In this document: positions 37,501 through 52,500 of the stretch, in pieces
Layout: the number at the start of each line of letters is the position of its first letter
How positions within the stretch are numbered: position 1 is the stretch's first letter
Assembly (NCBI GenBank): GCA_044892525.1
Contig: CM097886.1
Coordinates: 61,690,001 to 61,754,000, forward strand
DNA length: 64,000 nucleotides
DNA from: Schmidtea polychroa
Taxonomy: Eukaryota
Reading direction: 5' to 3'
Program-made: the position numbers and the translations under genes
Notes under the pieces: generated by a model
Seen by the model: only the letters and a program-made list of their open reading frames with translations
Database searches by the model: none
What the model was told of the DNA's origin: nothing

Positions 37501-40500
37501 AATATAATGAAATTATGAGAACAAACGATCAGCCGGAATTTTTCATCAAAATAATATTCTATATCCTAGTTTTATATCTATAATATTTGCAAACTCTACA
37601 TTTTATTCAATTTTTCACCAGATAAATATTTAAAAAGTATTTAAAAAGTAATTATTTAAAACCAATATATTTGAGTTTTTTTTAAGTACCAGATTTTGAT
37701 ATTTTCAGAATGCCAGATTTCAATTATTATACATTTCATTCGCATTAACATTTTAAATTTATGAAACATTTTACATTTTACATTATACTATTTTAAAAAT
37801 ATTTTACATAATTAATCTTTAAAAGTTAGTATTTAATTTTTAAATACATGCTTGTATGAGTGATGCAAAATATTCATGAAATGTCGTTTTAGCAAAAGTT
37901 TCAAAATATTATAGTGTAGTCGAAATTAAATATTTTTTTCGATTAAGAGCCATGTCAGCTGCGTAAGGTGAAATTCAGGATTTCAAAATTACTTTTTATC
38001 ACCAACAAATATTGGATTTTGTTTCCTTTCAACTCACTATATGTACACTATATTCGACCAAATAAAATTTTCAAATAAATGTCAATTCGTCATAAATGTT
38101 AATACTTAAAAGAAGTCATATATTTTTCAAAAACATTTTTTTTCAGCTTTAAATAACAATTTTTTTACTCCCTCCCATCTCCTATAATTAATTCTGAGAC
38201 ACTCCCCAAAAGCGTTACATCATTTATGAACGTCTCATTGCTATTTTCTATGATTAACTTAACAATAAATTTGGATAGAAAAAAAGTTATACAATTCATC
38301 AAACATAATTAAATTTTAAGGGAATCTAATTATTTTTTTATTATCAAAATATAATTATAAAATAGCTCAACTATTAAAACTAATATTTCATTCGTCAATT
38401 TAATCTTTTGGTTACTGGAAAACTAATAGTCGCCTTTAAATAACAAAAAAAAAGAATTTTATTTATATTCAATTAGAAATATTTAGAAAATTAATGTAAT
38501 GCATTGTAAATATATAATTTTGCTATTCGTCATTTTCTATGATTCATTTTATTATTTAATTATTAGTTTCATAGCGGAGCCTAAATTGGGGAGTCTTGTA
38601 ATGATTATTGCATGCCACTGTTGATGTTGATATTTGAATAGCATTTGACTTGCATTTCGTTCTTTTGATCATTTCTTATCGATTATAACATATTTTCGCA
38701 TTTTACTTTTTTAAATTTGTAAAAGACCGGGATTTGTTACAAAATAAACTTAATTAATCAGTTTGTATTTAAAACTTTAATTTATTTATCTGCACGCATC
38801 GTTGTTGATTGGTTGAGATAAACTTTTCAAAAAAATCTACTTATTCTGACATTTACAATTTTTTATTAAATAAATTCTTTTTACTTATGGTCACAGAGAT
38901 TCCGTAATCCTTCTAAATTATGAGGTTTTTCACTTCTTTCTTTGCAAGTTAAGATCATGTTAATAGAAAATACGTTTTTAAAGATGCAAGTCAGCTTAAT
39001 AAATTAAAATTTAGGTGTAAATAAATATTACAACAATTATTATTGTCCAAATTTTAATATTGTTTTCAATTTTTAAAAACTAGACTTTAAATGAATTGTA
39101 GTTAATCATATTGTCTTATTTTTATGTTTGCCAGCTATTCATTAAAACAAAAATCATTATTGCAATCATAAATATGGTCAATTAAACATTTTAAAGCTTA
39201 CCGTTTTTTATTAATAATCACTGGTTAATTAAATTTTCATTTTTCAATGTCAGTAGTTTGTTTTTATTTTCATATGTTTATTGTAAATAATTTTGAATAT
39301 TAATCTGTTTAAGTTGTACCAATTTTCCTATTTCGTAGTAAAATGAAATTCAATATTATTCAGCTTTTATTTTTGTCTTCGATAGATCTTAGAAAAATAT
39401 TCTTTCCATATAATTTTTATGACGCTGAATATTTATTCAAAAAACAAAATCTGACATTATATTCAAAACTTCTATTATAAATATTTAAATAATTTGTCCT
39501 TTTTTCCCATTTCAGTTAAAAAAAACATTGTGAAGTTTATTATTATGGAAATAGAAATAACCAGAATATTTTGATTTTAAAAATGTAAGAAATGGTTTAT
39601 AATTGCATGGAACATTGATAAATGTCGAATGTTCGTTTTCAAATTTGAAAAATTATAAACATTGATTGTTTTTATTTAAACGTATCATTCTGTAACTAAC
39701 AAAAAGTGTAAATCTATTAAGAGATTTAAAATGTGGCAATTTACTTGTCAAAGATGACGCCGTTATTCAAATTGCTGATTTTGGTGTAGCAGGGTTTCTT
39801 GCTGCTAGACCAATGGAAGCTACTGGAATGAGCCTTGATGATAAAAGATTTACATTTGTTGGTACTCCTTGTTGGATGGCCCCAGAAGTTATGCAACAAG
39901 TTTGACAAGAATTCCTTGTGAATTCATTAATTATTTTTTTACCTAGGTGAAAGGTTACAATCAAAAAGCAGATATATGGTCTATAGGAATCACTGTTATT
40001 GAAATGGCAACTGGTCAAGCTCCTTACGCTAAATATACACCGATGAAAGTAACTTTTATTAAAAAATTCATATTTTTAAAGTTTTAAATAAATATTTTTT
40101 CTTATTAATTCCGTCAAATTACTTATTTTAACTAATAATATTTTTAATAGATACTTATTAGATTTTCTTATTTCCCATAAATTATATAGTAGTTCCTGTC
40201 ACAGAGGACCGGCATGGTAGTTTTCTTAAAAAAGTATAATAATATGAGTTAAACCAATCAAATCCATAAAACATAAAATAAAGTACAAAATCATTTAAAT
40301 TATAAAACATAAATCAACTTCTTTCATACTATATGTATATTTAGTTGTTTTTTAAAAGAATAATTTGTCCTAATAACTAAATTTTAGTAATGTAAAGCTC
40401 TTTCCGATTCCTTGGAGCCTAATATTTTTTTAACATTTCATTTATTTTTATTACGACTGTAGATCAATTTTTCCTGTGTAACACAAATTTTCGGTACTAC

Positions 40501-43500
40501 CTTTATTAAATGTTATAATAACACTTTATAAAAGCAATGTAGAAACTGTGTTAAATATTGATCTATATGGAAACGTTCGTAAATTACGTAACGCTTAAAG
40601 GGTGGGGAAGAGGGGATTATAGATTTTGTTACAACACAGAGAAATTTTCAAATAACAGAAGCAACTTACATATCAATTCTCTCTGATAAACATTCAAAAT
40701 ATACAGCTTACTCTCACGCAAAGGACTTTATGAGATCGATCAATTCAAATCTTTTCTGTATGACAAAAATGGACTTCCAAAATTAGTTATGATAATTTTA
40801 GTTGACGATGGGCCAGATGAAAATCCACGATATCAAAGAACTATCGAAATCGCCATATATCATTTTATTGAAAGAAGTTTAGATGCATTATTTATTGCCA
40901 CAAATTTTTAGATTTTTAGCGTTACGTAATTTACGAACGTTCCTTTTACGCTATGAAGATAAATGAAATGTTAAAAGAAAACACAAATAATAAAAGATCA
41001 ACAAAACAATGGAATATTTTTTGTATAAATTGTCTAAATTATCGGTGTGCTGCAAGTAACTTCAAAATTATTCATTTCAATAATCAGATTTATCAATCCT
41101 TGCGACATTGCATATGTTATTCAATTTTTGATAATCCGTGCTAATCCGTGAAGATTACATATTTGACCCGAGCAACAATGAAATTTCAGTTTCATCATCT
41201 CTTTAATCATTTAATATTATAATATCTGTAGAAGCAAGTCAGCAATCACACTCTAGTCTAGAAAATAATACTTTAGCTAATTCATTTTTTATATATCCCA
41301 ATTAGATGGATTGTTTAAATATATTAGCAAGCAAACTAAATTCAGGTTCTGTCGTTTGAGAAATATATTTGGTGGATTGCAACAATTTAGAAAACAAAAT
41401 TTTTATTCATACACAAATTATCTAAAATAAATATCAATACATAGACTGTTATTTATTAAATATTTTCCAGAAAATTTGCCAGTTGTTTTCAATATACATG
41501 CTTTTAATACTATAGAAAGCCTCGCAATTGCAAAATTTAGTTCCGCTTTATATTTCTATTCAGTATTCACTCAAGTTTTTTATTGTTCTCCATGATCACT
41601 TATTTTTGCAGCATTTAATTTTTAGACGATGATTTTTAAATGCAAATTCGGATTCATCAAAGTAGTAGTGTCGGTGTTGATGATATTTAAAATAAGTGTC
41701 TTTACTCTGCCATTAAAGAAATGTTGTAGGTTCCCATTCTAAAATCGACTACTTCTGTTGAAGTGCTGTTCAAACATGACCACTGCTCATCGAGTATTTA
41801 ATGAAAACACTAAGACTAGTAAGCCACTTGTAAGTAGAATATACTTATCTGATAAACGTCAAATTTTCCCAATTAATTCCTTAAGTTTAAAAATATTCTG
41901 GATCTGTGTGTCTACGATTTTGTGTGATTGAAGTTTTCAAAACTAAACCTTTTAAATAACTCTTTGATCTATTATGGGACATTTAATGCTCTCTTACGTT
42001 AAATTTGAAAATCATTTGGCAAAATACAATGCAATGAGGTTATTTCTTAGCTTTTATGATCAAATTTTTTAGATTTAATCAAATATATAAAATAATATAT
42101 AAAAGATTTTTTGAAAGTAAACTTCATTATTTTTTCTGTAAAATAATTTATTTTTTGTTCACTTTTCAACTGTTTTTATTTTCTTTTAAAATTACATTTA
42201 TCATCATTTCAACTTGACAAAAATTTTTGGCAGTCTTTTTCAAGTTTTTTTATCTTTTTAATTTTTTTTTACTTTTAATTCTTTCAATTTATGCAATTTT
42301 CACTTTAATCACATAAACGTATGTTCTTAATTTCCAAACATTACTAAAGGCGTTCTTTGGTATGATATATATCGGTGACCCACGAGGATTGGAAAATGTG
42401 TTTACGATGAAAAAGCTAATTGGTTCATTCTAAAACTGGTGACACGTCTGCTTTATTAGACAAGATTTTCTTATATATTCGGATTTTATAAAACCTACCC
42501 ATATCAGTAAATCTTAAAATTATATTTTTTCAAAGAAAACGCTACTCGAACATTCGTTTTACAATTTGAGAGGAAAACTGTCGAAATATATCGCAAAATA
42601 AATGTTCAAGTGGCGCTTTCATCTAATTAGATCGTTGTCATGTATGTTTAATGGTTTATCTTTTTCATAGGTTGCATCTTTAACAAACCATTTTGTTTTA
42701 TGTTTAATAATTTAATTCCTAATTGATTTTGTGTCAAAAATATTTTTATGAAAATATTCTACAGTAGATTTCTAGTCCTTTATTCAGTTTTATAAGAACT
42801 TTTTTTTACATTTTCACCACTGATTATTTTTTTCATTGAATTTATTAAAAAGAGAGCTTGAAGAAACTCACTTGAAAAAGGCAGTGCCGAAAATTCGTGA
42901 GTTTCAAAAAACATCGATATATTACTGATTGATTTATTGTCTTCAAGCTCTCTCTTTATTCAGTAATTTATAAATATAGTTTGCTATATTTCTATCAAAT
43001 ATTTATTAGTTTCACACTAATCCAGATAAAAGTCATCAATACAGGAAATAGAAATCTATTTATACATACGAAATATCTCTGCATTTGGGTTTAGAAAGAT
43101 TAAGATTTTAATGGAAATGATATTTCTAAAAATATAAATAAAAATTGATTGATAATCTAAAAGAAATGACGATAAAGAAAATTTAAAAAAGTCAATGTTG
43201 TAAAAGATATAAGTTATTGCTGTTAATAAAAGTAGCTTGATTACTAGGAAATTATTTTATCTTGTCTGGGTAACTCTGTTTATTTTTCAGTAAATTAATT
43301 GATTTACTAATTAAGTAAATTAATCATAGAATTATGAAACGCAATAATTATCTGAATTTGAAATTTTTGATTTATAGTTAGCTAGATTGTCAATTTCTAT
43401 ATTTTTATTTGAAAGTTGTATCAATTCTTAAAGCCACACCTTTAAATTCTAAAATAATCATTGTTTCACTTAATGTTCAATACAAAGAGTTTTTTCCCTA

Positions 43501-46500
43501 TTGTGCGAAATTTACAATTTTTTTATTTTATTCATATTTTAATAAATACGAGAATGAAATTATTAAAATTTTATCATTAAATTATTAATATATTTTGAGA
43601 TTTTTTTTATGTATTTTCTGTTTAATAATACTGCAATTAATAGTTTTATCTTTCTTTCGGATTTTTGAAGATGAAAATATATTTTCTATGTAAAATTTTA
43701 GAGTATATATCTTGAACTCAATATTTTGTAATACATGTTAAAAATAATTTATCAATTATAACAATTAACAAATATTTTATTTAACAAAAATTAGTTTTAT
43801 AGTTGTCATTCGCTATATACTTATTTCCTTTTGTAATGTAAAAATATACCAGGAAATATAAAAAATCAATCATATTCATTTTTCATTTTTAATAGAAATC
43901 TCATGTTTGATAAATATATATATTTTATTATATTTAGATACATAATGTTTTTGTAGACATTTCTTGTTATTAATTTCTTGTTGTTGTTGTAAAGGGATAA
44001 TAAATTAGTTGATTTAAAATTAGAAAAAACATATCAAATTGCATACTTAACATTTTCATATTTGTAAATTTCAAAGTGACAATTTTATTTCAATAGTTTT
44101 CATTTTTAATGTGTTCTACATAATTTATTAAATACATTATTATTTTATAAAGAAAATATTTAATAACTAAATTCATTTTATAGATGATACATTTAGAAAA
44201 TAAGGAGCATTCCAAAGGATTCCCAATATTAAACGATCATGTTTGCTCTTTCAGTTCGTCTTTTGAAATTATTAGCATGTTATTAACAATTTTTAAAGAT
44301 TGCTTTGTTAATTTTATTCCACAATATTTTAGTGTAATTATAATAACCTATATTCATTTATTCAGAGGAATCAATTGTTGCATAATATAATTTATTAATA
44401 CCATGATTACCAATTTTGCTATCATTCCTTCTAACTTCAACTTTCGTAACTCCTGTGCTTCTTTTGAATTTTGTAGTATTAAATTTACCTATAAGTTCTA
44501 TTTTAAGAAAGAATTCGAGAATTTCACTTGAATTGGTAGTTTCGAATTTTTTAGTTTTGAATCTTAATATTTTTGAAAAGAACTACTACTTAAGAAATTT
44601 TTTTTAAACCAACTATATGTGTTTTGATATAAATAATAATAATGAGTGTTACTTTTTTATAAATATTATTAGATTTAATTAATTGTTCAATGAAAAATTG
44701 GTATTATGATGTATTAGTAATATATTTTAATAATAAATATTAAAAATCTAATCAAATGAAAAATTTACCAAATAAATTTGACAAATTATTGGTCATATAA
44801 ATTCTTTTGTCCTTTGTAACGCTATTAGTGAAATTTAAATTGATTTGGATAATTAGCTATTAATAATAAAAGTTGGCTTTTAAAATTTAAAATTAATAAT
44901 TTATACACTAAAACCAGATTTGCGTTGTCTCTATATTCGTAGTTTTGGTTTCCGTTAATTTTTTTAATCAAAATCTGGTTTCCGTTAATTTTTTTAATCA
45001 AAATCTGGTTTCCGTTATTTTTTGGTCACCATTGATCTTTTCTTTTTTGATATTTCATTCGCTTTAATTGTGACAAAAATTGTCACATTTTTGTGGTTTT
45101 CAACATTTCTGAAACGGTGCAATTCATATTTTTACAACTGATGATGGTGTATAATTAATTCCTAGTCATTTCTTGTGTATATCCTTCTGTAATTTTATTA
45201 CTTAATTATGATCAAATAATCTTATTACGTAATTATAAACAAAAATTATCTGGTTTAAATTATGAAAAGAAATATAATGAAGATATTAAAATTTAGTTAA
45301 CATATTCATAAATAGAGGGCTATTGTATGGGTGAAGTAAAATTCTACATAAAAATAAATTTGTCAGGTAACTAATTTATAGTAACAGTTAAATCAATATA
45401 TGAATAGTATAGAAAAATATTGAAACGTTTTTTTGTAATTAAAAAAACTAACAGTAAATATATTATTCACTTGAAAAAGGAAATGCCGAAAATTCGTGAG
45501 TATCAAAAAACATCGATATATTATTGATTTATAGTCTTCAAGCTCTCTTTTTAATAAATTCAATGGAAAAAATAATCAGTGGTGAAATTGGAAATAAAAG
45601 TTCTTATAAATATTTTATATTTTGATGAAATTATCAATATTATAATCAATTATATTATCAATTATATTAATCAATTATATTATAATCAATCGTACATTTA
45701 TTACTTATCGCCATTTTGAGTTCGTTATATTTTGTTTCAAGTTATTTTAGAATACAACTTTTCCAATAAATTCAACTATATTCATCAGTTTGATTTTTGA
45801 TTAGTAAATATTTTGCAATAATATCAAAAAAACGAATTTTGTGTTTTTGAATAAAGTATCTTCTAATCAAATAATTATTTTTTCTCTGTTTGGTAACCTT
45901 ACATGATAATATGATCCGGAAACATGTGGATCTACGCGTACGTAGGAAAATTCCTAAGAATTATTTGATCTAGACAGTTTTCAAATAAATAATTTCATAT
46001 ATTACCTCGATCGTTAAAATTTAAAATAGAATTCGAAGTTTCCGGTTTTTCGAAAGCAGAATCTAAGCTACGTCTTTATTAGATGATACATCAGTGTCTT
46101 CTGACATATCTTGTACAGTTTGTTCTTAGGTGGTTTCTTTTGAAGTATGAGTACAGGAAGCACTTGCTTCGTTCAAGCATTCATTCCTTTGTTTCATAGC
46201 AAGTGCTGTTGGTGGTTCAGACTCCAGAAATTTAATCAATTTAATCTATTCATGCTGTAATCGCTTTTTTTTACTTTAAGCGCCAGATAATTTATTTGAT
46301 GTTTTCTCGTTCATCTGGGGGTTAAAGTATGTAATCAATTAAAAAGATTATTTATTAATTTTACTTATTATATAAAATTTTTAAAGATGTTGATTCATTG
46401 ATATTATTAAATATCAATAATTAATTTAATGTGTTTAGGGTGTTCCAAAACTCGATTGATTCTTGTGAACTACGGGTAGATTAGCTAAAAGTAAATCGAA

Positions 46501-49500
46501 AAGCCATATCATTCATTGACCCAAAAATAATTCCAGAAAATTAAATTTTAAAATCTAACCATCAGCCACATTTAGTTGGTTTTAACACTAAAATTAATTA
46601 GAAATTTTTTAATTTCAAAATATTTTTAATGGTCATATTAATGTATAAATATCATGAAGTAGAAATAAATATTTTTATTATATTTCTTTGCCAATTTATA
46701 TTTTGAGTACACCGTTAAGTATACAGTAGCTAAATACATAGAGAAAATGAAAATCAGATATTAATAATTTCAGTTTACTGAAGAGTTCTGGCAAAAGGCA
46801 ATAAATACTGTAATTTTGATTAGAAAATATTTTTATTTATATTTATTTATATTTTTATTTATATTGTACATTAGAAATTTTTGAAAAAATGTCGTGTGGT
46901 GAGACACTTAATTTATTTAATCATCTATTGCATAAATTAAAAAATTATCAAATATCATCAATTACTAAAATGCATTTTTTATCAGATTATTCTTAATTAC
47001 ATACTTTCAATTTTTATAAGGGCACACATACAAAATCAAAAGTAACACTATCCACTTCAAGGCCTGAAATAAGAATAAAATCAATTTTTTTATTCCGGTA
47101 TTACAAATAAACAATTAATAAATTTAATATTATTGCTACGTAAAAAATCTCTTGTCGGCTAATAAAAATTTTTAAATAATAATCAGTAATGCCACTTAAA
47201 ATCAGTGTTGATTCTACATGTTAAAGAAATAACGTGTCGCACCGGAGCGCTATATGCGAAGAGAATCGAAATTGCTTTGTGGAACAATTTATTAATGTAA
47301 ATATTTGCTTCTATTTAAACAAGAAAAAATAAATATATCATCATTACCCTTTATTATTTAAATTTTTTATGACTTATGCATTAATATAAATAAATAATGT
47401 GTACTATTTATAGTAAAAAATAAAATATTATGTATTATAATAATACTCGTAAGTACTCAAGTGTCTGTTTTATAGTTTCTAATAAAATTATATTATCAAT
47501 AAATTCTTTAAGGGTGTTGCAACAATCTTTTCATCGGAACGCCATAACCATAAGACCGGCACTGCTGCAAATCCTTGAATTATATATATATACACAAATT
47601 CAGGCTGTTCATGAACGTCTTATATAAATACGATGCTATAAATATAACATACGAGATGATCTGAACATAGTTTTAAAAGTCCGAAACAAACGTACAAGGG
47701 CATCATAACTTTTAAAAAAAAGTTTGTAAACTTAAACGAGCTATTTATTTATTCAAAAAATTATGAATTGGTTGGTAATGATCATTTTCTTCAACAATAT
47801 GTATATTATTCAGAATTGACCAAAAAATAGTTTTTTATGCTGATTCAGCTGTATAAGTCATCAAAAGAAAAGTATATGGTAGGGAAATAAGAAATATTTT
47901 AAAACAGAGTATTTTAATTTCGATGAAATCAAAACAATATATTTTTATTTGGATCATTAATATTTTTTTCTAATATTGTATAGTATATTATTTAGATAAA
48001 CATGTGTAATCACATTATCTACTTAGGTTTTTATTTACACTTCTTTTGTCTGGTAATCACAATAGTATGTTGTTTACAACGTTATAATTGGGAGTATAAC
48101 ATTTTGACGTCAATTAGTAGATAAATTTATCATATACTAATTATTGGATAAAACAAAAAAATCTAAATTGAACACTGGTGTATTAGAAAATTATGCACTT
48201 TATCTGGCTGAAATTTTTCTATTGGTTTCATTCTCAATATTATAAAATTAATAATCAATGGAAATTCCTAATTTGGAGAGATTAAATGGAAGTGGAGGTG
48301 GTAAATGGTTCGGGTTTTCCGAAAGTGTCATTGTTTAATAATATTCCGTGAACTACCTGATAAATAAATCACAATGAGTTATTTATTGTGTTGCTTGACG
48401 GTTCAGTAGTTCCTTCAGATCGATGTTTAATATCAACATATAACTGTTACTTTCATTCTTGCAGAATCACAACACGGGGACGAACATTTACTATTTTTTG
48501 TTATGATGCCATTTTATGACATGTTTGAAACTGTATTTTGCAATTAACTCCGGTTCTTCTATTGTATTTCCATAATTTAGTTTCTCCATCTTATCTCATT
48601 TCATTCAAATATTAAATGACCAAACTTTTATTTATGATATATTATTATGATTTCAAACTTCTGCTGGTTATATCTTAGTTGTTAATGTCATCTTTAAGTT
48701 AATTAAAATTTTTGAATTATATCTGCCATAATCCTTCACAGCTCATCCATGTCATAATTGACTCTTACATATTCCATCGACTTTATTACCTTCATTTGTT
48801 ATACAACCAAGGAACTTAGTCATTTTTCAAAGTCATCTAGATATGATCTTTAGTGAAACATAAATCCTGTACTTCCATTTCGGATATCATTTTCATATTT
48901 TACATTCTATCTTTTTTCATGATTCCCATTGAATCTGTCTTTTCATCACCCTATTTTTAAAAGTTTCTTCTTTTTCTTGAATTGTTGCGATACCTGAGAT
49001 ACATTTTCAATATTGATTACATTGACTTTAAAAAAAATTCTTTGATGTCATTAACTTCCAAAGTATCTCTCACTTAATTTCCTTTTTAATCTGAAAGTCA
49101 AACTAGTTTGATACTCCTGTGTTTCACATTTTCTTATATTTTATTAACTTGAAATCAAATTAAACGTCATCTAGGTGATTATCGTCCGACATGCGTTCCC
49201 AAATTTTCAATACAATTTTTTTCAAATGAATTTTGTTTACTTTAAAATCTTTTATAAAAGTCACGTAGAATATCTATTATTTTATTATTTTCAAACGGCC
49301 TTTGAATTTTCTTAATGTTCAAGATCTAATGCTTGTAATTTATTTTCATTTTCTTGTATTTTTTCTTCATGATTTTTCATTTTAATCGTAAGTAAAATTT
49401 ATAATTAATCATTTAATCTTGAATAACTTGGATGTTAGTTCTTGAATTTGATTTTTTTTATATTATTTTTATTTTAATTGAATTTTGCTTTCATAAATCG

Positions 49501-52500
49501 TTTATGTTCTTATTTGAATCAATTAATCTTTCTTTAATAGATATTTTTGTACTTCTCGATTTCTTTATTTCGTCAGCTTCAAGTGAAATAAGCAATCTTT
49601 TCAATTAAATTTTATGCAAACGAAATGATCGTGCTTCTTTGTGAATATCGATATAATTTTAGAATATTATAAATGAATAAGTATATCAATCAATATCGAA
49701 TTAAATAGAGAACTAAATATTTATTCATAGTCGAGTAGAAATAAAGATTGAGTAAATTGGAAAACAATAACAATAGTAAAAAAATCAACCATAAAAACAT
49801 GGTTTTTGAAACTCTATATTTCACTCTCCTAAGTTCACTCAAATCTAAAATTTCAATATGGTAACATTCGTTAATTAGGTAACGCTGAAAAAATCGACTT
49901 TTTTGCCCCCTTATCATTGTAACAAATCATAACACATTTTGAATCCCATCCCCCTGTCGCGTAACGTAACACAAAATTTTAAAGTTCATGTTTTTATAAA
50001 ATAATTTTTTTTAAATCAAGTTTAACTTATCTTCATTTTATTTGTTCTCATCATTTTTCAATATTTTATCTAACCTCAAAATTATTCATTCTCCAATGGG
50101 CTCTGAAAATGTTTATCTAAGCTTATTAATGGAATATTTCCTTCCTTGACTGATTGTAAGACTATCACATTGGCTAAGTCTAAGTAATTTTCGTCGATCC
50201 ATTCGCATGTTTCAATTCCAACTGATTTTTCAGTTATAACCATATATTCATTATTTCGTTTCTGGAGTACTTTTTTTGGCTGAATTCTTGTTTTTTTCTT
50301 TTTATTTTGTGTGTATTTAGCGGTTTTTATGGAGTAATGTTAAGGAAGCAAAATAAATTCCACATTTAGGACAAGTGCGAGATATGATTTTTATCTTTGG
50401 TCCTTGGGCAACAGTTATCATAGAGCATGTCAGCAATGCCGAATGCAATACTTTGAAATAATGATGTATATTGAACTTAATTTACTTTTCAACGTGTATG
50501 ATTTTTCAAAACTTTTAATGAAATGTAATAAATTGCCTTAGTTATTTGAAAATTTCTGTTTTACGTAACAAAATATTAAGAGTTACGTAATTTATAAACG
50601 TTCCCAATGAGTTTCATAAGTTATTGGTTCAAACTTATCTAACATATTTTAGATATAATTACGTTATCTCTTTAATCCGAAATTAATGAATAGATAAGAA
50701 TTTATATTAAAATAAGGAAATGACGCTAGATATTATGTATCAATATCTTTTAAATTTACCCACTTTCCGTGATCGATTCGCTCTGAAATTTTGATAGTAT
50801 TTAGTGTTCTCGAAAACGAATCTACTTGCCAGATTTCATCTCAATCCGATCACGGAAGGTAGGTTAATTTGGTCTCACAAAATTTGCGCGGCGCATACAA
50901 ACATCAGCAAATTTATTATGGATAGAGTAAAAAGATGAAAAATTTTATTTGATGTCTTAGTGTCGTTTTGTTATTTGATTATAACTTATTAATTTCCCAT
51001 ATTACAAAATGTATTTTTTTTAAAAACAAAACAACATTTATTTTTATAAATCTATAACGTTTTATAATATTTTCAATAACGAATTGCAAGAACACAAGTT
51101 CTAATATACACTTTCATATCAAATGTTCTTTCGACTTAGAGAAAACATTAAAATATTAATTTTTCACCATAAAACCACCGGAAAAACAGCAACAATTTAT
51201 CAATGATGAACGAGAAAAAAAATTTAATGAAACATTGTACCAAATTATTTTGCTTATTATTATTGTATTTCTAAATTTTATTAATGCTAGGTGTTGATGT
51301 TAACTTTACAAAATGATCCACCAGATATTGATACAGCTGCTGCTTCTAGTAATCAATATACAAATTACGGCCATAAATATAGAAAATTTACCAAAGTATG
51401 TCTTTGTAAAGATCCCTCTCAAAGACCTTCTGCTAAAGAATTACTTCAATCTCCTTTTATAAAATCAAAATCAAGAGTTTGTAATTTTAAGCTTCTATGG
51501 TTTTTTCATCATATTTTATAAAGGACAGGGAGTTATTGTCTAAAATGTTGCTCAATTGTGACATTCCACCTGCCCCAGAAAGAAAAGTTCGTGATGAAAA
51601 GCAAGAAAAGAATCCCAAGGTATTTTAAAATTAATTATTTGATATTTTTAAATATTTTCCCAATTTTTTTATTATATTTATATTTTAAATTATTATAATA
51701 AATATTATCCAATTTATATAAATTATTTATTATGACGCTTTTCTCGTGTTATAAATGTATTGGACGTTGATTATCCAGACAGTTTAGGCTTGATACTCAT
51801 TATTTGGTTCTATAATGAACCAGAAACTTTTGAGGAAGCACAGGCGAACGAATGCTCAGCGTGTTTTATACACAGAAAATTGTTCACAGCTCATTAGGAC
51901 TGGCAATATTAAAAGCTTTATCTTGTCCTCTCTTGTTTTGATAGGATTTTTTTTAAAATTTATCTATTAAGCAAATATTTTTATATCAAGCTTGGTTAAT
52001 AATAATATTTATATTTACTCACTCTCATATTTTCACTGTTTACCCAAATAGCTTTAGTCGACTCTCACTTAATAAGGCGAAAACTTAACAGCGAGGATGT
52101 TGGTCGATAACTTCAATGTGGACTATTCAACCATCTTTAAAAACCTCAAAAGAAAAAATATTTGTGTTTCACCCAAAGGAATACCGAAAGGTGTCGACTG
52201 TAAGAAAGCAGTGTAGTGTGTTTGGTGGGACAGAAGCGGAATTATCCATTGGGAAATAATCTCAAACTTAATTTGTTAAAGATGGAATGACGACATTGAA
52301 CATCAACAATAATGGATTCCGGACAAAAACGGCACACGGCAATTTAATATCAACAGCGACAATCTGGCTTAACTTGACGACATTCACGCTGCAATCTAGG
52401 CGAAAAGAACAACCAAAAAGAAACATCGTCTTCCACCACGATAATACACGTCCACATGCTGAGCGTCGTGTCGTCGAACTTATCGTCAATAAGAATTAAG

